A stretch of DNA of 39,618 nt from Bradymonadales bacterium (GTDB lineage: Bacteria; Bdellovibrionota; UBA2394): NCBI GenBank assembly GCA_007693605.1, contig REDG01000018.1, forward strand, positions 1-39,618, given 5' to 3'. Every line of letters begins with the position of its first letter. The stretch's first letter is position 1. Below the pieces are notes generated by a model that was given only the letters and a program-made list of their open reading frames with translations, did no database searches and was not told the origin of the DNA. Below are positions 17,884-27,862 of this stretch, in pieces. Made by a program: the position numbers and the translations under genes.

Positions 17884-20166
17884 ATGGCCAGGCCTGAAAT
17901 CGTCGGGAAACTCGAGGACCTGTTGGACTGGCTCAAACTTCGCTGGACGCAGTTTGTCATCCCCCTCGGTGTGGCCGTGCTCACCGCTTTGGTGGTCCAA
18001 TTCCCCTTTCAGTCAGATTTACCCCACTATCGTGCAGGAGAAATTTCCAGACAAGACATCCGGGCCGCCTCTGATGTCATCTTTGTAGACGAAGAATTGA
18101 CAAAACGACGACAAGAAGCGGCAGCCCAAGCGGTGCTTCCCGTCTTTGATGTCGATGCGCAGATGAGGGAAGTCAGTCGAGACAGAGTTCGAGAAACTTT
18201 TCGTTCGGCAAGACCCTTGGTTCGACAAGACCCAGATGAGTTTCAAAGGCTGTTGGCAGAAGGACTGGATCTCAATCTTTTGTCGACCGAGTGGCAAAGC
18301 TTACAGAGTTGGGGCCTTTCAAGAGCCTTTGAATCAGCGCTTTTAGAGTCCATCACCAACGCGCATGAAACCCTGATCTATGATGAAAGCATCAATCGGT
18401 CAGGACAGAGAAACCGTTTGATTCTACGAGATCTTTTGACGGAGAGAGAGGAAATCCTTTCTCTCCCTGAGTTTCGGGCTCAGAATCGATCCGTTGAACA
18501 GGCCAGAGATCTGATTCGAAACTCCCCTCCCCTGAGCCTGCGACAACTTCCAGATCAGCAAAGAATTCTGGCAAAAAAAATGGCCTTACAACTTATCCAG
18601 GCCAGCGTCAGCCTCAATCCCGTTGAGACCGAGACCCGTCGAGAGGAAGCTCGGCAGCAGGTAGAGCGAGTGGTGGAAGAAGTGTCGAAAGGTCAGATGA
18701 TTGTTCGTGAGGGAGACAAGATTGAAGCGCGGCAGGCCTTGATTCTAGAGCGGCTGCGCATGACACAGGCGAGTCGCCAAGACCTGAAGGCCTTTGCGGG
18801 CTTCACAACCCTCCTGTTTCTGATGATATTTTTATTCTATTGGGTTGGTACTAGAAATTTTAGAAAGTTTCGCCTGTCTTCTCACGACCGCATCGTCTTG
18901 GGGGGTTACTTCGTTGTGGCGATCGCGCTGATCGCCGTCATTTATTCTCTCTTCCAGTCCTTCGCCGACGAGAGCCGAAGCAACCTGGTTCTGCTTTGCC
19001 TCCTACCCTTAGGCTTTGCAGGCATGACCTTGCGGCTTTTTACCAGCATGGAAATCACCTCCTTCTTGATGGTTTTGTTTTCGGTCTGTGTCGGCTGGAT
19101 GACTCAGAACCCATTTTTCGCTCTCACGACCCTGATTGTCGGGCTATCGGGAGCGGCGGCGATGAGGCATGTCAGCCAGCGAATGGATGTCTTGAAGGCG
19201 GGTGTGTTCACCGGACTCATTCAGGCGGTCTGCGTGTTAATTGGACTCTTGATGGGACTCGTTTCCACCGTGGGCCTAGATCCTGTTTGGGTCGACCTTC
19301 CAATTACGCTAAGCTTTTGTGTTTTAGCCGGCCTCTTTTCGGCAGGCATCGTGCTCTTCAGTCAGCCAGTGATTGAGTTTCTGGGTTATACGACCGACCT
19401 TCGATTGATGGAATTGTCGAGCAACAACCATCCGCTTTTGAGAGAAATGATCATCAAGGCGCCTGGCAGCTACTTCCATTCTTTCACCGTGAGTCAACTT
19501 TCTGAGAAGGCTGCCGAAGCCGTCAACGCCAACCCCCTCTTTGCTCGCGTGGCCAGCCTGTATCACGATGTTGGAAAGTTAAAAAAGCCCCAGTACTTTA
19601 TTGAGAACATTAAGGGAGAGAACCGTCATGACAAAATGGTTCCTTCTATGAGCGCTCTGATCATTGCTAACCATGTGAAAGACGGCATTGAGCTGGCACA
19701 TCAGTACAAACTTCCTCAAGCCATCATCGATTGCATCCCGCAACATCATGGCACCGCCCTCATCTCTTACTTTTACGACAAAGCTAGAAAGAATGCGGAA
19801 GACGAAAGCGAAGTCGACGAGCGAGACTATCGATATCCTGGCCCCAAGCCTCAAACCAAAGAAGCGGCGATCATTATGCTTGCCGACGCTGTCGAAGCTG
19901 CCTCAAAGTCATTGAGTCAGGCCGGCCCTGATCAATTGCGACAGCAAGTCAATGCAACGATTCGAAGGTTCTTCTTAGATGGACAGTTGGACGAATGCGA
20001 TCTCAGCCTGAAAGACTTGAACGCGATCGGAAATGCTTTTGTGAATGTCTTGCAGGGGGTTTATCATCAAAGAATTGATTACCCCCACCTAAGAAAAGAA
20101 ACGCCCACCAATGAAGAAACGAAGACGATCTCAAAAAAGAGTTCTGCCAAAAGCGCAAATTCTTGA
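17884..20166 (+). CDS. 7TM-HD (HDIG) phosphohydrolase, PgpH-like
   Basis: Extracellular 7TMR-HDED region, TM bundle, APGSYFHS, YHDVGKL..PQYFIEN, QHHGT, YPGPKPQTKEAAIIMLAD. Confidence 0.93.
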   Translation: MARPEIVGKLEDLLDWLKLRWTQFVIPLGVAVLTALVVQFPFQSDLPHYRAGEISRQDIRAASDVIFVDEELTKRRQEAAAQAVLPVFDVDAQMREVSRDRVRETFRSARPLVRQDPDEFQRLLAEGLDLNLLSTEWQSLQSWGLSRAFESALLESITNAHETLIYDESINRSGQRNRLILRDLLTEREEILSLPEFRAQNRSVEQARDLIRNSPPLSLRQLPDQQRILAKKMALQLIQASVSLNPVETETRREEARQQVERVVEEVSKGQMIVREGDKIEARQALILERLRMTQASRQDLKAFAGFTTLLFLMIFLFYWVGTRNFRKFRLSSHDRIVLGGYFVVAIALIAVIYSLFQSFADESRSNLVLLCLLPLGFAGMTLRLFTSMEITSFLMVLFSVCVGWMTQNPFFALTTLIVGLSGAAAMRHVSQRMDVLKAGVFTGLIQAVCVLIGLLMGLVSTVGLDPVWVDLPITLSFCVLAGLFSAGIVLFSQPVIEFLGYTTDLRLMELSSNNHPLLREMIIKAPGSYFHSFTVSQLSEKAAEAVNANPLFARVASLYHDVGKLKKPQYFIENIKGENRHDKMVPSMSALIIANHVKDGIELAHQYKLPQAIIDCIPQHHGTALISYFYDKARKNAEDESEVDERDYRYPGPKPQTKEAAIIMLADAVEAASKSLSQAGPDQLRQQVNATIRRFFLDGQLDECDLSLKDLNAIGNAFVNVLQGVYHQRIDYPHLRKETPTNEETKTISKKSSAKSANS

Positions 20167-20563
20167 AGGTTTCGGAGTTGATGTCTCTTATCGAAGTTCA
20201 CATAAACTTCGAAGGGCCTTTGAACTTTTTCTGCAGACCTTTCCACAGAGCCCAAGAATCGTTGAGCTCCGTTTCGTTCGCTCAGACGAAATGAAGAGCC
20301 TCAACCGTCGGTTTCGAGGAAAGAATAAGGCCACGGATGTGTTAAGCTTTAAGCTCTCGGACTCTCTGTTAGGCTCTGTCGTCATTGACCTCGATACGGC
20401 TGCTAAACAAGCAAAGATTTATCGACACAGACTAGATGACGAGGTCCTAGAGCTGTTTATACATGCTCTTCTTCACCTTTTGGGGATGGACCATCACAAC
20501 CATGCTGAGGCAGACTTAATGAAGGTTTACGAAAACTACTTTATAAAGAAACTGAAAGCTTGA
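20111..20563 (+). CDS. ybeY: rRNA maturation RNase YbeY
   Basis: LNRRFRGKNKATDVLSF and HALLHLLGMDH. Confidence 0.95.
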   Translation: MKKRRRSQKRVLPKAQILEGFGVDVSYRSSHKLRRAFELFLQTFPQSPRIVELRFVRSDEMKSLNRRFRGKNKATDVLSFKLSDSLLGSVVIDLDTAAKQAKIYRHRLDDEVLELFIHALLHLLGMDHHNHAEADLMKVYENYFIKKLKA

Positions 20564-20570
20564 TCGAGTC

Positions 20571-22118
20571 ATGATTCTATGGATTTGCCTACAGAGCCTT
20601 GCGGGGCTTTTAATGAGTCTCGCCCATCCCGTTCGCTTTGGTAGCTTTGTCTGGGAGCCTGGGGTTCTCAATTTTCTATTAGCCTCCCTTGGGCTTGCCT
20701 TGTTCATCAAGGTGAGCAGCATGAGACGAAAGAAGCTCACTCGTTTTTTTCTTGGATTTTGGGGCGGCTTTGTTTTCTTTGGCGCGAGCCTGTATTGGCT
20801 CGTGCACGCCTTGCTTGTGTATGGCGAGATTCACCTGCTTGTGTCCATTTTTGTGAGCGCGGGGCTTTGGGCCTACTGCGCTTTGTTTTTGGGTCTATGG
20901 GCCCTCATCGCAGGAATGTCCCAGGTTTTACAACTTGGAGTCATTCATCGATCCCTTTTGTGGGCCTCCCTTTGGGCCGCCCTGGGCGTCACTCGAGAGT
21001 ATCTCTTCACCGGTTTTGGGTGGGGAGAGCTGGGCTATTTCTTCGCCGAATGGCCATTGATAGGAATGTCTGCCTCGATCTGGGGAGTACACGGCCTCAG
21101 CTTTTTGTGGATTTTCTTTGTCAGCATTATCCTCCACTTCGATGCCTGGCTACCTGATCGACGAGCGCGGCTTGCAATTGGAGGCCTCAGTCTTTTGTTC
21201 GTCGGGCTTGTTCTCTTTTCCTATTTTAAGGACGACACGAAGGAATACTCCGAGTCGATTCGCGTCTCTCTGGTTCAGCCCAACATTCCCCAAGAAGTGA
21301 AATGGAACCCGGCGGCGGCGGCTGAAAACCTAAGGCAATTGATGCGTCTGACCACAGAGGCCCTTGAAGCAGAACCAGATCTGATCGTTTGGCCCGAGAC
21401 TTCGTATCCCTTCGCCCTCGGACTGAGCCAACGGCAGCTCCCCTTTTCGAGTCCGAAGCCTTTGCTTTTTGGGGGTGTGGTCTCTGACCGAGGGGTGATT
21501 CGCAACTCTGCAATTCTGGCCATACGAGATCAGGTCATCCATCGCTACGATAAGGTGCACCTCGTCCCTTTCGGGGAATATGTTCCCTTTGAAGACATTC
21601 TCCCGTTCGAAAAACTGGTCGCCAATGTTGGACGATTCTTGCCGGGCGAGATCGACCAAGATCTCGTTCTTTTAGACGACCTTCGGCTCGGAATTTTGAT
21701 TTGTTACGAAGACATTTTTGTTCGTCATGCGGTTCGACACTCACGATCGGGCGCCCAAATCTTAGTGAATCTGACCAATGATGCCTGGTACGGAGAGAGC
21801 TCTGCCCTCCGACAACATGAAAACATTGCCAGGCTGCACGCCTGGACGGTTGGACTGCCGATGATTCGATCCACAAACAACGGGCAGACGAGCGTCTTGA
21901 GCGGCCGTTCTCGCCATGCGATCCCTCTTTTTGAAGAGGGGGTCCTCACTGAGGTCGTCGCCTTTCCGACAGATCCTCAGCTGAGCTTTTTTGCTCGAAC
22001 TTATCCGATGATGCAGTGGATTTGGTTTGCGGTCTTTGCTATAGGATTTCTATGGAGAATTCGAAGCAAGAACAGAAAGATCTTCTTTCCCGAATCCAAC
22101 AACTCAGCGAGAGACTAA
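20571..22118 (+). CDS. lnt: apolipoprotein N-acyltransferase
   Basis: VQPNIPQ, WPET, YDKVHLVPFGEYVP, ICYE, LTNDAWYG, RSTNNG. Confidence 0.97.
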   Translation: MILWICLQSLAGLLMSLAHPVRFGSFVWEPGVLNFLLASLGLALFIKVSSMRRKKLTRFFLGFWGGFVFFGASLYWLVHALLVYGEIHLLVSIFVSAGLWAYCALFLGLWALIAGMSQVLQLGVIHRSLLWASLWAALGVTREYLFTGFGWGELGYFFAEWPLIGMSASIWGVHGLSFLWIFFVSIILHFDAWLPDRRARLAIGGLSLLFVGLVLFSYFKDDTKEYSESIRVSLVQPNIPQEVKWNPAAAAENLRQLMRLTTEALEAEPDLIVWPETSYPFALGLSQRQLPFSSPKPLLFGGVVSDRGVIRNSAILAIRDQVIHRYDKVHLVPFGEYVPFEDILPFEKLVANVGRFLPGEIDQDLVLLDDLRLGILICYEDIFVRHAVRHSRSGAQILVNLTNDAWYGESSALRQHENIARLHAWTVGLPMIRSTNNGQTSVLSGRSRHAIPLFEEGVLTEVVAFPTDPQLSFFARTYPMMQWIWFAVFAIGFLWRIRSKNRKIFFPESNNSARD

Positions 22119-23174
22119 GTTCTCTCCGGAGGCTGCTTTGACATCCCTCAGCTGATCGACGAACGAGCTGCGCTTCAAGAACAGGCGACTCAACCCCAAT
22201 TCTGGAATGATCCTGAAAAAGCGAAAGAGATCAATCTTCGGATAGAGTCGTTGAACCGGCTCATTGATCCCATTCAGAAACTAGAGACAAGCTTTTCGGA
22301 CTCCAAAGAACTTCTAGAAATTTCTAGTGATGAAGCAGAAATCATTTCGGAGATTTCGCAAGACCTGGTCGCAGGAGAGGAAGTCTTGCGCGCTCTTGAA
22401 CTTCGTCGGATGTTGTCTGACGAGATGGACTCTCAACCGGCCATTGTTTCGATCAATGCCGGCTCTGGGGGAACGGAGGCTCAAGATTGGGCTCAGATTA
22501 TTCAGAGAATGTTGATGCGTTATGCCCAGAGGCGAGGCTACCAAGTTGAGCTGGTCGATGAACAAGCCGGCGAGGCGGCTGGCATCAAGTCTTGCTCTTT
22601 TGTCTGCCGAGGGGATCATCCTTATGGTTATTTGAAGTCGGAGCGAGGGGTGCATCGTCTCGTTCGCATATCACCTTTTGATGCTGGCAAGAGACGGCAC
22701 ACCTCATTTGCTGCTGTTGATGTCGTGCCTGAGATTGACGATCAAATTGAGATTGAAGTTCGGCAAGAGGACCTTCGAGTCGACACTTATCGAGCCAGTG
22801 GAGCCGGCGGACAGCATGTGAATCGAACTGACTCGGCCATTCGCTTGACGCATTTGCCGTCAGGCATTGTTGTGGCATGCCAAACCAATCGCTCACAACA
22901 TCAAAACAGAGATACCGCCATGAGAATGCTCAGAAGTAAATTGTATGAGAGAGAAATGCAGAAGCGGCAAGAGGCTGTCGATGCAAAGAATGCTGAAAAA
23001 AGAGAGATTAGTTGGGGAAGCCAGATTCGGTCTTATGTTTTACATCCCTACCGAATGGTAAAAGACCATCGAACCAATCGAGAAACGGGGCAGGTGGATG
23101 CCGTCTTAGACGGAGACCTCGAAGACTTTACCGAAGCCTTCTTGCTTCACCAGTCGGAGACAAAGGCAACCTAA
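22052..23174 (+). CDS. prfB: peptide chain release factor 2 (+1 programmed frameshift)
   Basis: ATG 22052 gives 29 codons to CTT TGA C (22136-22142). The +1 frame continues DIPQL...FWNDPEKA into the body carrying SPF and GGQ. Confidence 0.97.
22128..22142 (+). promoter_or_regulatory. prfB +1 frameshift site
   Basis: GGAGG-CTG-CTT-TGA-C: internal SD 3 nt upstream of the slippery CTT TGA. Confidence 0.95.
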
Positions 23175-23781
23175 AGAGGCCCGTCTCCTCTGCAAACAAA
23201 TTCACATTGTGTGTCACTCGACAAGTCTCAGATCGATTTTCTGTCGCTTGAAAGCTCAAGACGGGAACAGATCTGAGGTCAATTCGGTGAGTTTGGTCAA
23301 AGTATCGAAGCTCGAGAACATTGCCGGGTCGAACCCTCAAGCGAAGTTCATAGGGAAAGTCTGAAGAGGCGCTTTCTTCCAGACTTCCTCTAAAGCGATA
23401 ATCATCAAAACCAATCGACTGCAATCTTAAATTGAAAATCTGGTTCCCCCCAGAGTGCGGGCCCAAAAATTGAAGACCTGAGTCAGTGACATCCACCAGA
23501 AAGTCTTCCATTCGACTCTCTTCATTTCTTTCCACCTCCTCACAGCCGGAGGCCAGAGTTTCCGCGAGCAGTCGAAGCTCGGCAAAAAATAGATTAACGG
23601 CCTCAGAATCTGGAGCCGTCTCGACCCGACTTTGGGTGGGTCGCTTCAGGGGTTGAATCTCTGCGGGCTCTTGGCTGCGAGTGGGCACAGGACTGCCCAA
23701 GGGGGGTGGACCTTCTTGACGAGTGGCGCAAGCACTCACAAAGAGGCTGCTCACTAAAAGGCTAATCCACAAAATCCACAT
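23128..23781 (-). CDS. hypothetical lipoprotein
   Basis: Hydrophobic N-terminus ending in the lipobox-like VSAC, then a Pro-rich linker. Overlaps the prfB 3' end by 47 nt. Confidence 0.65.
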   Translation of the reverse strand: MWILWISLLVSSLFVSACATRQEGPPPLGSPVPTRSQEPAEIQPLKRPTQSRVETAPDSEAVNLFFAELRLLAETLASGCEEVERNEESRMEDFLVDVTDSGLQFLGPHSGGNQIFNLRLQSIGFDDYRFRGSLEESASSDFPYELRLRVRPGNVLELRYFDQTHRIDLRSVPVLSFQATENRSETCRVTHNVNLFAEETGLFRLPLSPTGEARRLR

Positions 23782-23787
23782 GGCCAA

Positions 23788-23816
23788 ACTATGGCGTCAC
23801 TGACCCCTTCTGGCAA
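23788..23816 (-). promoter_or_regulatory. putative sigma70 promoter giving a leaderless transcript
   Basis: Minus strand TTGCCA-N17-CATAGT, 6 nt before ATG 23781. Confidence 0.5.
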
Positions 23817-23818
23817 GT

Positions 23819-23844
23819 GCAGATGGACCCCTATCGCCACTCCC
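23819..23844 (+). repeat. repeat-family solo end (copy 5)
   Basis: GCAGATGGACCCCTATCGCCACTCCC, a variant of the right terminus. Confidence 0.8.
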
Positions 23845-23886
23845 GAATATGGAGTTTGGCGACAGTGCCCTTAGCGATTCAGGGGA

Positions 23887-24687
23887 CTAAACGAGTTCGG
23901 CAACAGAATTTGCAATAAAGCTCGGCTTCCAGGGATGTTTCCTCAAATCCGTCCTTTGATGATCTCCAGAGAGCACAAATAGGCTCTCAAACTTGTTCTC
24001 GACCGCCATGCGAATGTCGGTCGTCAGACGATCTCCAACCACCACGACTTCAGAAGCTTTGAAGAAACAGCTCTCTCGAAGCAACTCCATCATCCAAGGC
24101 GAACTCTTCCCCAAAGTCACCACAGCCTTCTTAGCCGTGCTGAGTTCAAGGAGCTTGGCAATCGCCCCGCAATCAGGCTCGGGGCCCCTCTCAGTCGGAC
24201 AAAACAAATCGGGATGGGTAATGATCCAGGGCAAGCCCTGGCTGATCCACTGCGCCGCTCGTAAAAGCTTGGCATAAGTGAGTGTTTTATCAAAGCCGAC
24301 CACCACCACTTGCGGATTCTCATCGACGCAACGAATCTGCTTCGATTGATTCAGCATGCGCTTCATGGCCGGGGTTCCCAACACGAAGGCCCTACGAAAG
24401 CGCTTCTTCTGCAAGTATCGGATCAGGATATGCGTCGAAATCAAGATCTGCTGAGGCTTGGCCGGAAATCCCATCTTCCTGAGCTTTTGAAGAAGGGCTC
24501 GATCTGAGCGAGAAGAATTGTTGCTCAAATAGAAGATCTCTTTGTTCTGAGCCTCCAACTTCTTGAGAAGCTTGACTGCTCCTGAAATCGGCCTTGCCCC
24601 CAGATACAGACTTCCGTCCAGGTCAAACAGATAGACTCGCTTTTGAAAAAACCAGGTTTTCAGTCTGGATGTCGCCACAGATCTCAT
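23887..24687 (-). CDS. HAD-IIA (NagD-like) hydrolase
   Basis: FDLDGSLY, LSNNS, HPDLFCP, GK, and VGDRLTTDI. Confidence 0.93.
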   Translation of the reverse strand: MRSVATSRLKTWFFQKRVYLFDLDGSLYLGARPISGAVKLLKKLEAQNKEIFYLSNNSSRSDRALLQKLRKMGFPAKPQQILISTHILIRYLQKKRFRRAFVLGTPAMKRMLNQSKQIRCVDENPQVVVVGFDKTLTYAKLLRAAQWISQGLPWIITHPDLFCPTERGPEPDCGAIAKLLELSTAKKAVVTLGKSSPWMMELLRESCFFKASEVVVVGDRLTTDIRMAVENKFESLFVLSGDHQRTDLRKHPWKPSFIANSVAELV

Positions 24688-24764
24688 TTTGACCAAAACA
24701 GAAGCCCGAGGCTATTTCTGTCTGGCCATTCTTGGACAGCCTCGGTAGTTTTGAGTTTGTGAGC

Positions 24765-25049
24765 ATGAAGGCAGAGCACTCTCAAGAGATTGAGTGGAGC
24801 GTATTTGGCAAGAAGCTTCGGGTGAGAAGCAGCCAACCCGAGCTCCTTCGGGAGGTTATGCAAGACTTGGACCAAAGAATTTTCGAGATTCAGAAGGACC
24901 GAGCGCAAAGCAGTCCCCTTGATCTTTGCCTCCTTTTGCTGCTTGAAATGGCAATGGAGCGAGAAGACTTACGCAGCGCAGGAAAAGCACTTCTCAAACG
25001 AACCGATCAGCTGGTAGAATCAGTATCAGAGATGACAAGATCGTCTTAG
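24765..25049 (+). CDS. zapA: cell division protein ZapA
   Basis: VFGKKLRVRS...LDQRIFEI...LLLLLEMAME followed by a coiled coil. Lies immediately upstream of 6S RNA. Confidence 0.8.
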   Translation: MKAEHSQEIEWSVFGKKLRVRSSQPELLREVMQDLDQRIFEIQKDRAQSSPLDLCLLLLLEMAMEREDLRSAGKALLKRTDQLVESVSEMTRSS

Positions 25050-25229
25050 ACTGCTCCTGCGGCATTCGATCGAAGTCAGGATTTTTTGAACCGATAATTT
25101 TTTGAACGGGGTGAGTCCCTGGCAGCGGTGAGCTTCCTTTCAGGAGGAAGCCTAAAGCTCCCAACACTTTCCCCACCTAGCTAAGCTGGGTTCAAAACAC
25201 GACGAAGAACGGTGCAGGTGGGAGCAGTC
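25049..25229 (+). ncRNA. ssrS: 6S RNA
   Basis: About 180 nt between zapA and the cyclo-ligase gene. Closing stem GACTGCTCC/GGAGCAGTC, inner TTGAACC/GGTTCAA pairing, CCCACC, apical CTTCCT-TTC-AGGAGG hairpin. Confidence 0.9.
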
Positions 25230-25811
25230 ATTTTTTCTCAGTCTGAGATTCGGCAGAAGTGCCGAAGGAATCTCGACCAAATCTCCAATTCCGAAAAGAT
25301 CGATATTGTGGTCGCCATTTGGACCCAGACTATTCTGAGGAGGCTTTTGCAGGACTATCATGAGTTTGCTCTCTTTGCTCCCTTGGGCTTTGAGCTTCCG
25401 CTTCGACCAGTGTTCGAAAAACTTCTGTTGTCCGAAAAGCCGTGCTACTTTCCTCGCACTCAAGGGGAGCAACTCGAATTCTATCGTGTCAGATCTTGGG
25501 GGGAGCTCGCCGCACACGGCCCCTGTTGGGAGCCAAACGGCTCGACCGAAAAACTAGAAGATCACAGCAGACTCGCGGTCTTTTGTCCGGGAATCGCTTT
25601 CTCACCCCTGGGATCGCGAATTGGTAGCGGCAGAGGTTTTTACGATCGCTGGCTGGCAAGGCATCCCCTCGCCTTACGGCTGAGCCTCATTGCCAGTCCT
25701 CAGATGCGCTTTGAAGCCTGGCCAGAGAAGCCCTCCGACGAGCGGGTGGATTGGATTGTTAGCCCTCAAGCGGCTTGGAAGCCAGAACGGGGCAGGGCTC
25801 GCACTTTCTGA
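25218..25811 (+). CDS. 5-formyltetrahydrofolate cyclo-ligase
   Basis: YFPR, PGIAF...RIGSGRGFYDRWL, and DERVDWIVS. Start codon uncertain (GTG 25212 or 25218). Confidence 0.9.
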   Translation: MGAVIFSQSEIRQKCRRNLDQISNSEKIDIVVAIWTQTILRRLLQDYHEFALFAPLGFELPLRPVFEKLLLSEKPCYFPRTQGEQLEFYRVRSWGELAAHGPCWEPNGSTEKLEDHSRLAVFCPGIAFSPLGSRIGSGRGFYDRWLARHPLALRLSLIASPQMRFEAWPEKPSDERVDWIVSPQAAWKPERGRARTF

Positions 25812-25840
25812 AAGCACGGAAGTCTGATAGATCTTTCAAA

Positions 25841-26650
25841 ATGCAAGCGAGCGGTTCAGGTCTTCGGATCTTTTTTATTGGTGATATTGTGGGTTCAGCG
25901 GGTCGACGGGCAGTCGCCGCCTTAGTGCCACAAATTCGAGACGAGTACCAAGTAGGTTTGACGGTAGCGAATGCTGAAAACGCTGCTCACGGTTTTGGCC
26001 TGACTCCGTCTACTGCGAAAGAAATTTTCGATAGCGGAGTGGATGCCATTACCGGAGGAAATCACATCTTTGACAAGAAAGAGGTGGCCGAAGCCTTTCG
26101 AGCTTTCGAAGGCAAAATTGTAAGGCCCGCCAACTACCCGCCAGACTCACCGGGCCACGGGTCGACGGTTGTTGAAAGCTCCTGCGGTCAAGCGGTAGGT
26201 TTAATCAATGTGATGGGCAGAGTGTTTATGGACCCTTTGGACTGCCCATTTCGAGCTTTCGAACGAGAGCGGGCTGAGCTGAGCCAAAAGGCTCGGGTGA
26301 TTTTGCTCGATATTCATGCGGAGGCCACGAGTGAAAAGGCCGCGATGGGTTATTTTGTCGACGGTCGAGTCTCTGCCTGCGTGGGAACTCACACTCATGT
26401 TCAAACCAGCGACGAGCGAATTCTTCCGCACGGAACAGGATTTTTGAGTGACGCCGGAATGACTGGCCCAATAGACTCTATTATTGGAATGCAGAAGGAG
26501 GCCATTCTTCAACGCTTTCTTGAAAAGAGGCCCGCCAAAATGCAGGTCGCTGAAGGCCGATCGAGTCTCCAGGGAGTGATTTTTGAGATTGATCCCGATT
26601 CGGGTCGATGTCTTTCGATTCAGAGAATTCGGAGAACTCATGAGCAGTGA
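25841..26650 (+). CDS. TIGR00282/YmdB-family metallophosphoesterase
   Basis: [49 protein letters not shown]. Confidence 0.95.
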   Translation: MQASGSGLRIFFIGDIVGSAGRRAVAALVPQIRDEYQVGLTVANAENAAHGFGLTPSTAKEIFDSGVDAITGGNHIFDKKEVAEAFRAFEGKIVRPANYPPDSPGHGSTVVESSCGQAVGLINVMGRVFMDPLDCPFRAFERERAELSQKARVILLDIHAEATSEKAAMGYFVDGRVSACVGTHTHVQTSDERILPHGTGFLSDAGMTGPIDSIIGMQKEAILQRFLEKRPAKMQVAEGRSSLQGVIFEIDPDSGRCLSIQRIRRTHEQ

Positions 26651-27854
26651 GCTGGACAACATCCGACGAGCCTGTGTCGAAATTATCACTGAAGAGAATC
26701 TTTCTGCAAAGTTTGAAACGGCCAAGAAAGAGGGTCGACCCTTAAGAGTCAAGATGGGCTTTGACCCTACCGCACCCGACCTTCATCTAGGTCATCTGAT
26801 TGGTCTTCAGAAGCTTCGAGACTTTCAAGACTTGGGCCACCAGATCCTTTTCTTGATTGGCGACTTTACTGCAAAAATTGGCGATCCCAGTGGGCGAAAC
26901 AAAACCAGGCCTCCACTCTCGGACGAAGAAGTTCAAAAGAACGCTCAAACCTATCGAGAGCAGGTCTTTAAAGTGCTTGATGCTAGAAAAACCCAGGTGG
27001 TCTTTAATTCAGCTTGGTGCGAAAGCCTGAAGGCAAGCGACCTGATTGAAATGGCCTCACAAATGAATGTGGCGCGAATGTTGGAACGAGAAGATTTTAA
27101 ACTCAGGTACAAAGAGGGAGTCAGCATTTCGATTCATGAGTTTTTGTATCCGCTCATTCAAGCTTATGACTCCGTGGCCCTTAAGGCAGACATTGAGGTT
27201 GGGGGCCAAGATCAGCGCTTCAATTTGCTCGTAGGCCGTGAGCTACAAAAGCATTTTGGACTAGAGCCTCAAGTGGTGATCTTGCTGCCGCTTTTAGAGG
27301 GGCTCGATGGACAAAAGAAGATGAGCAAATCTTTTGGAAACTCGATTGGCATTATTGAGAGTCCAGACTTGGTGTTTAGCAAAATCATGTCGATGCCCGA
27401 CAGCTTGCTGAAAAACTATTACGAATTTCTGACAAGAATGGATCCCAAAGACTATCAGACTGAGATAAAGAGTGATCCCCGAGAGGCCAAGTTAAAGTTG
27501 GCAGAGATTCTTGTGACCCGCTTTCATTCTAAGGAGACGGCGAGCAAAGAGAGAGAAGCTTATTTGAAAAAAGCCAGCGGAGAGGTTTCTGATCTGGATG
27601 CTGAAAATATGCTCTTACAGGGTGACGAATCAGAAGCTCTGTATCGAATCTTGGTGAAACAAGCGAAGCCTAGAGCGTTCGCATCTCTTTCAGAGTCGCG
27701 GAGAATTTTTGAGCAGGGGGGAGCAAGCTTGTACGGATCTGACAACCAACCGGTGAAACTGGCTTTAGAAACTCGACTGAAGGACATTGCCGATGGCTCG
27801 GTCATTAAACTCGGCAAAAAAAAGTGGTTTCGAGTGAAGAAAGTGGGCCCTTAG
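26640..27854 (+). CDS. tyrS: tyrosine--tRNA ligase
   Basis: [40 protein letters not shown]. Confidence 0.98.
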   Translation: MSSELDNIRRACVEIITEENLSAKFETAKKEGRPLRVKMGFDPTAPDLHLGHLIGLQKLRDFQDLGHQILFLIGDFTAKIGDPSGRNKTRPPLSDEEVQKNAQTYREQVFKVLDARKTQVVFNSAWCESLKASDLIEMASQMNVARMLEREDFKLRYKEGVSISIHEFLYPLIQAYDSVALKADIEVGGQDQRFNLLVGRELQKHFGLEPQVVILLPLLEGLDGQKKMSKSFGNSIGIIESPDLVFSKIMSMPDSLLKNYYEFLTRMDPKDYQTEIKSDPREAKLKLAEILVTRFHSKETASKEREAYLKKASGEVSDLDAENMLLQGDESEALYRILVKQAKPRAFASLSESRRIFEQGGASLYGSDNQPVKLALETRLKDIADGSVIKLGKKKWFRVKKVGP

Positions 27855-27862
27855 CGACCAAT

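Noticed and set aside
22251..23174. prfB as a truncated gene or pseudogene
   Set aside because: Explained by the canonical +1 frameshift at 22136-22142.
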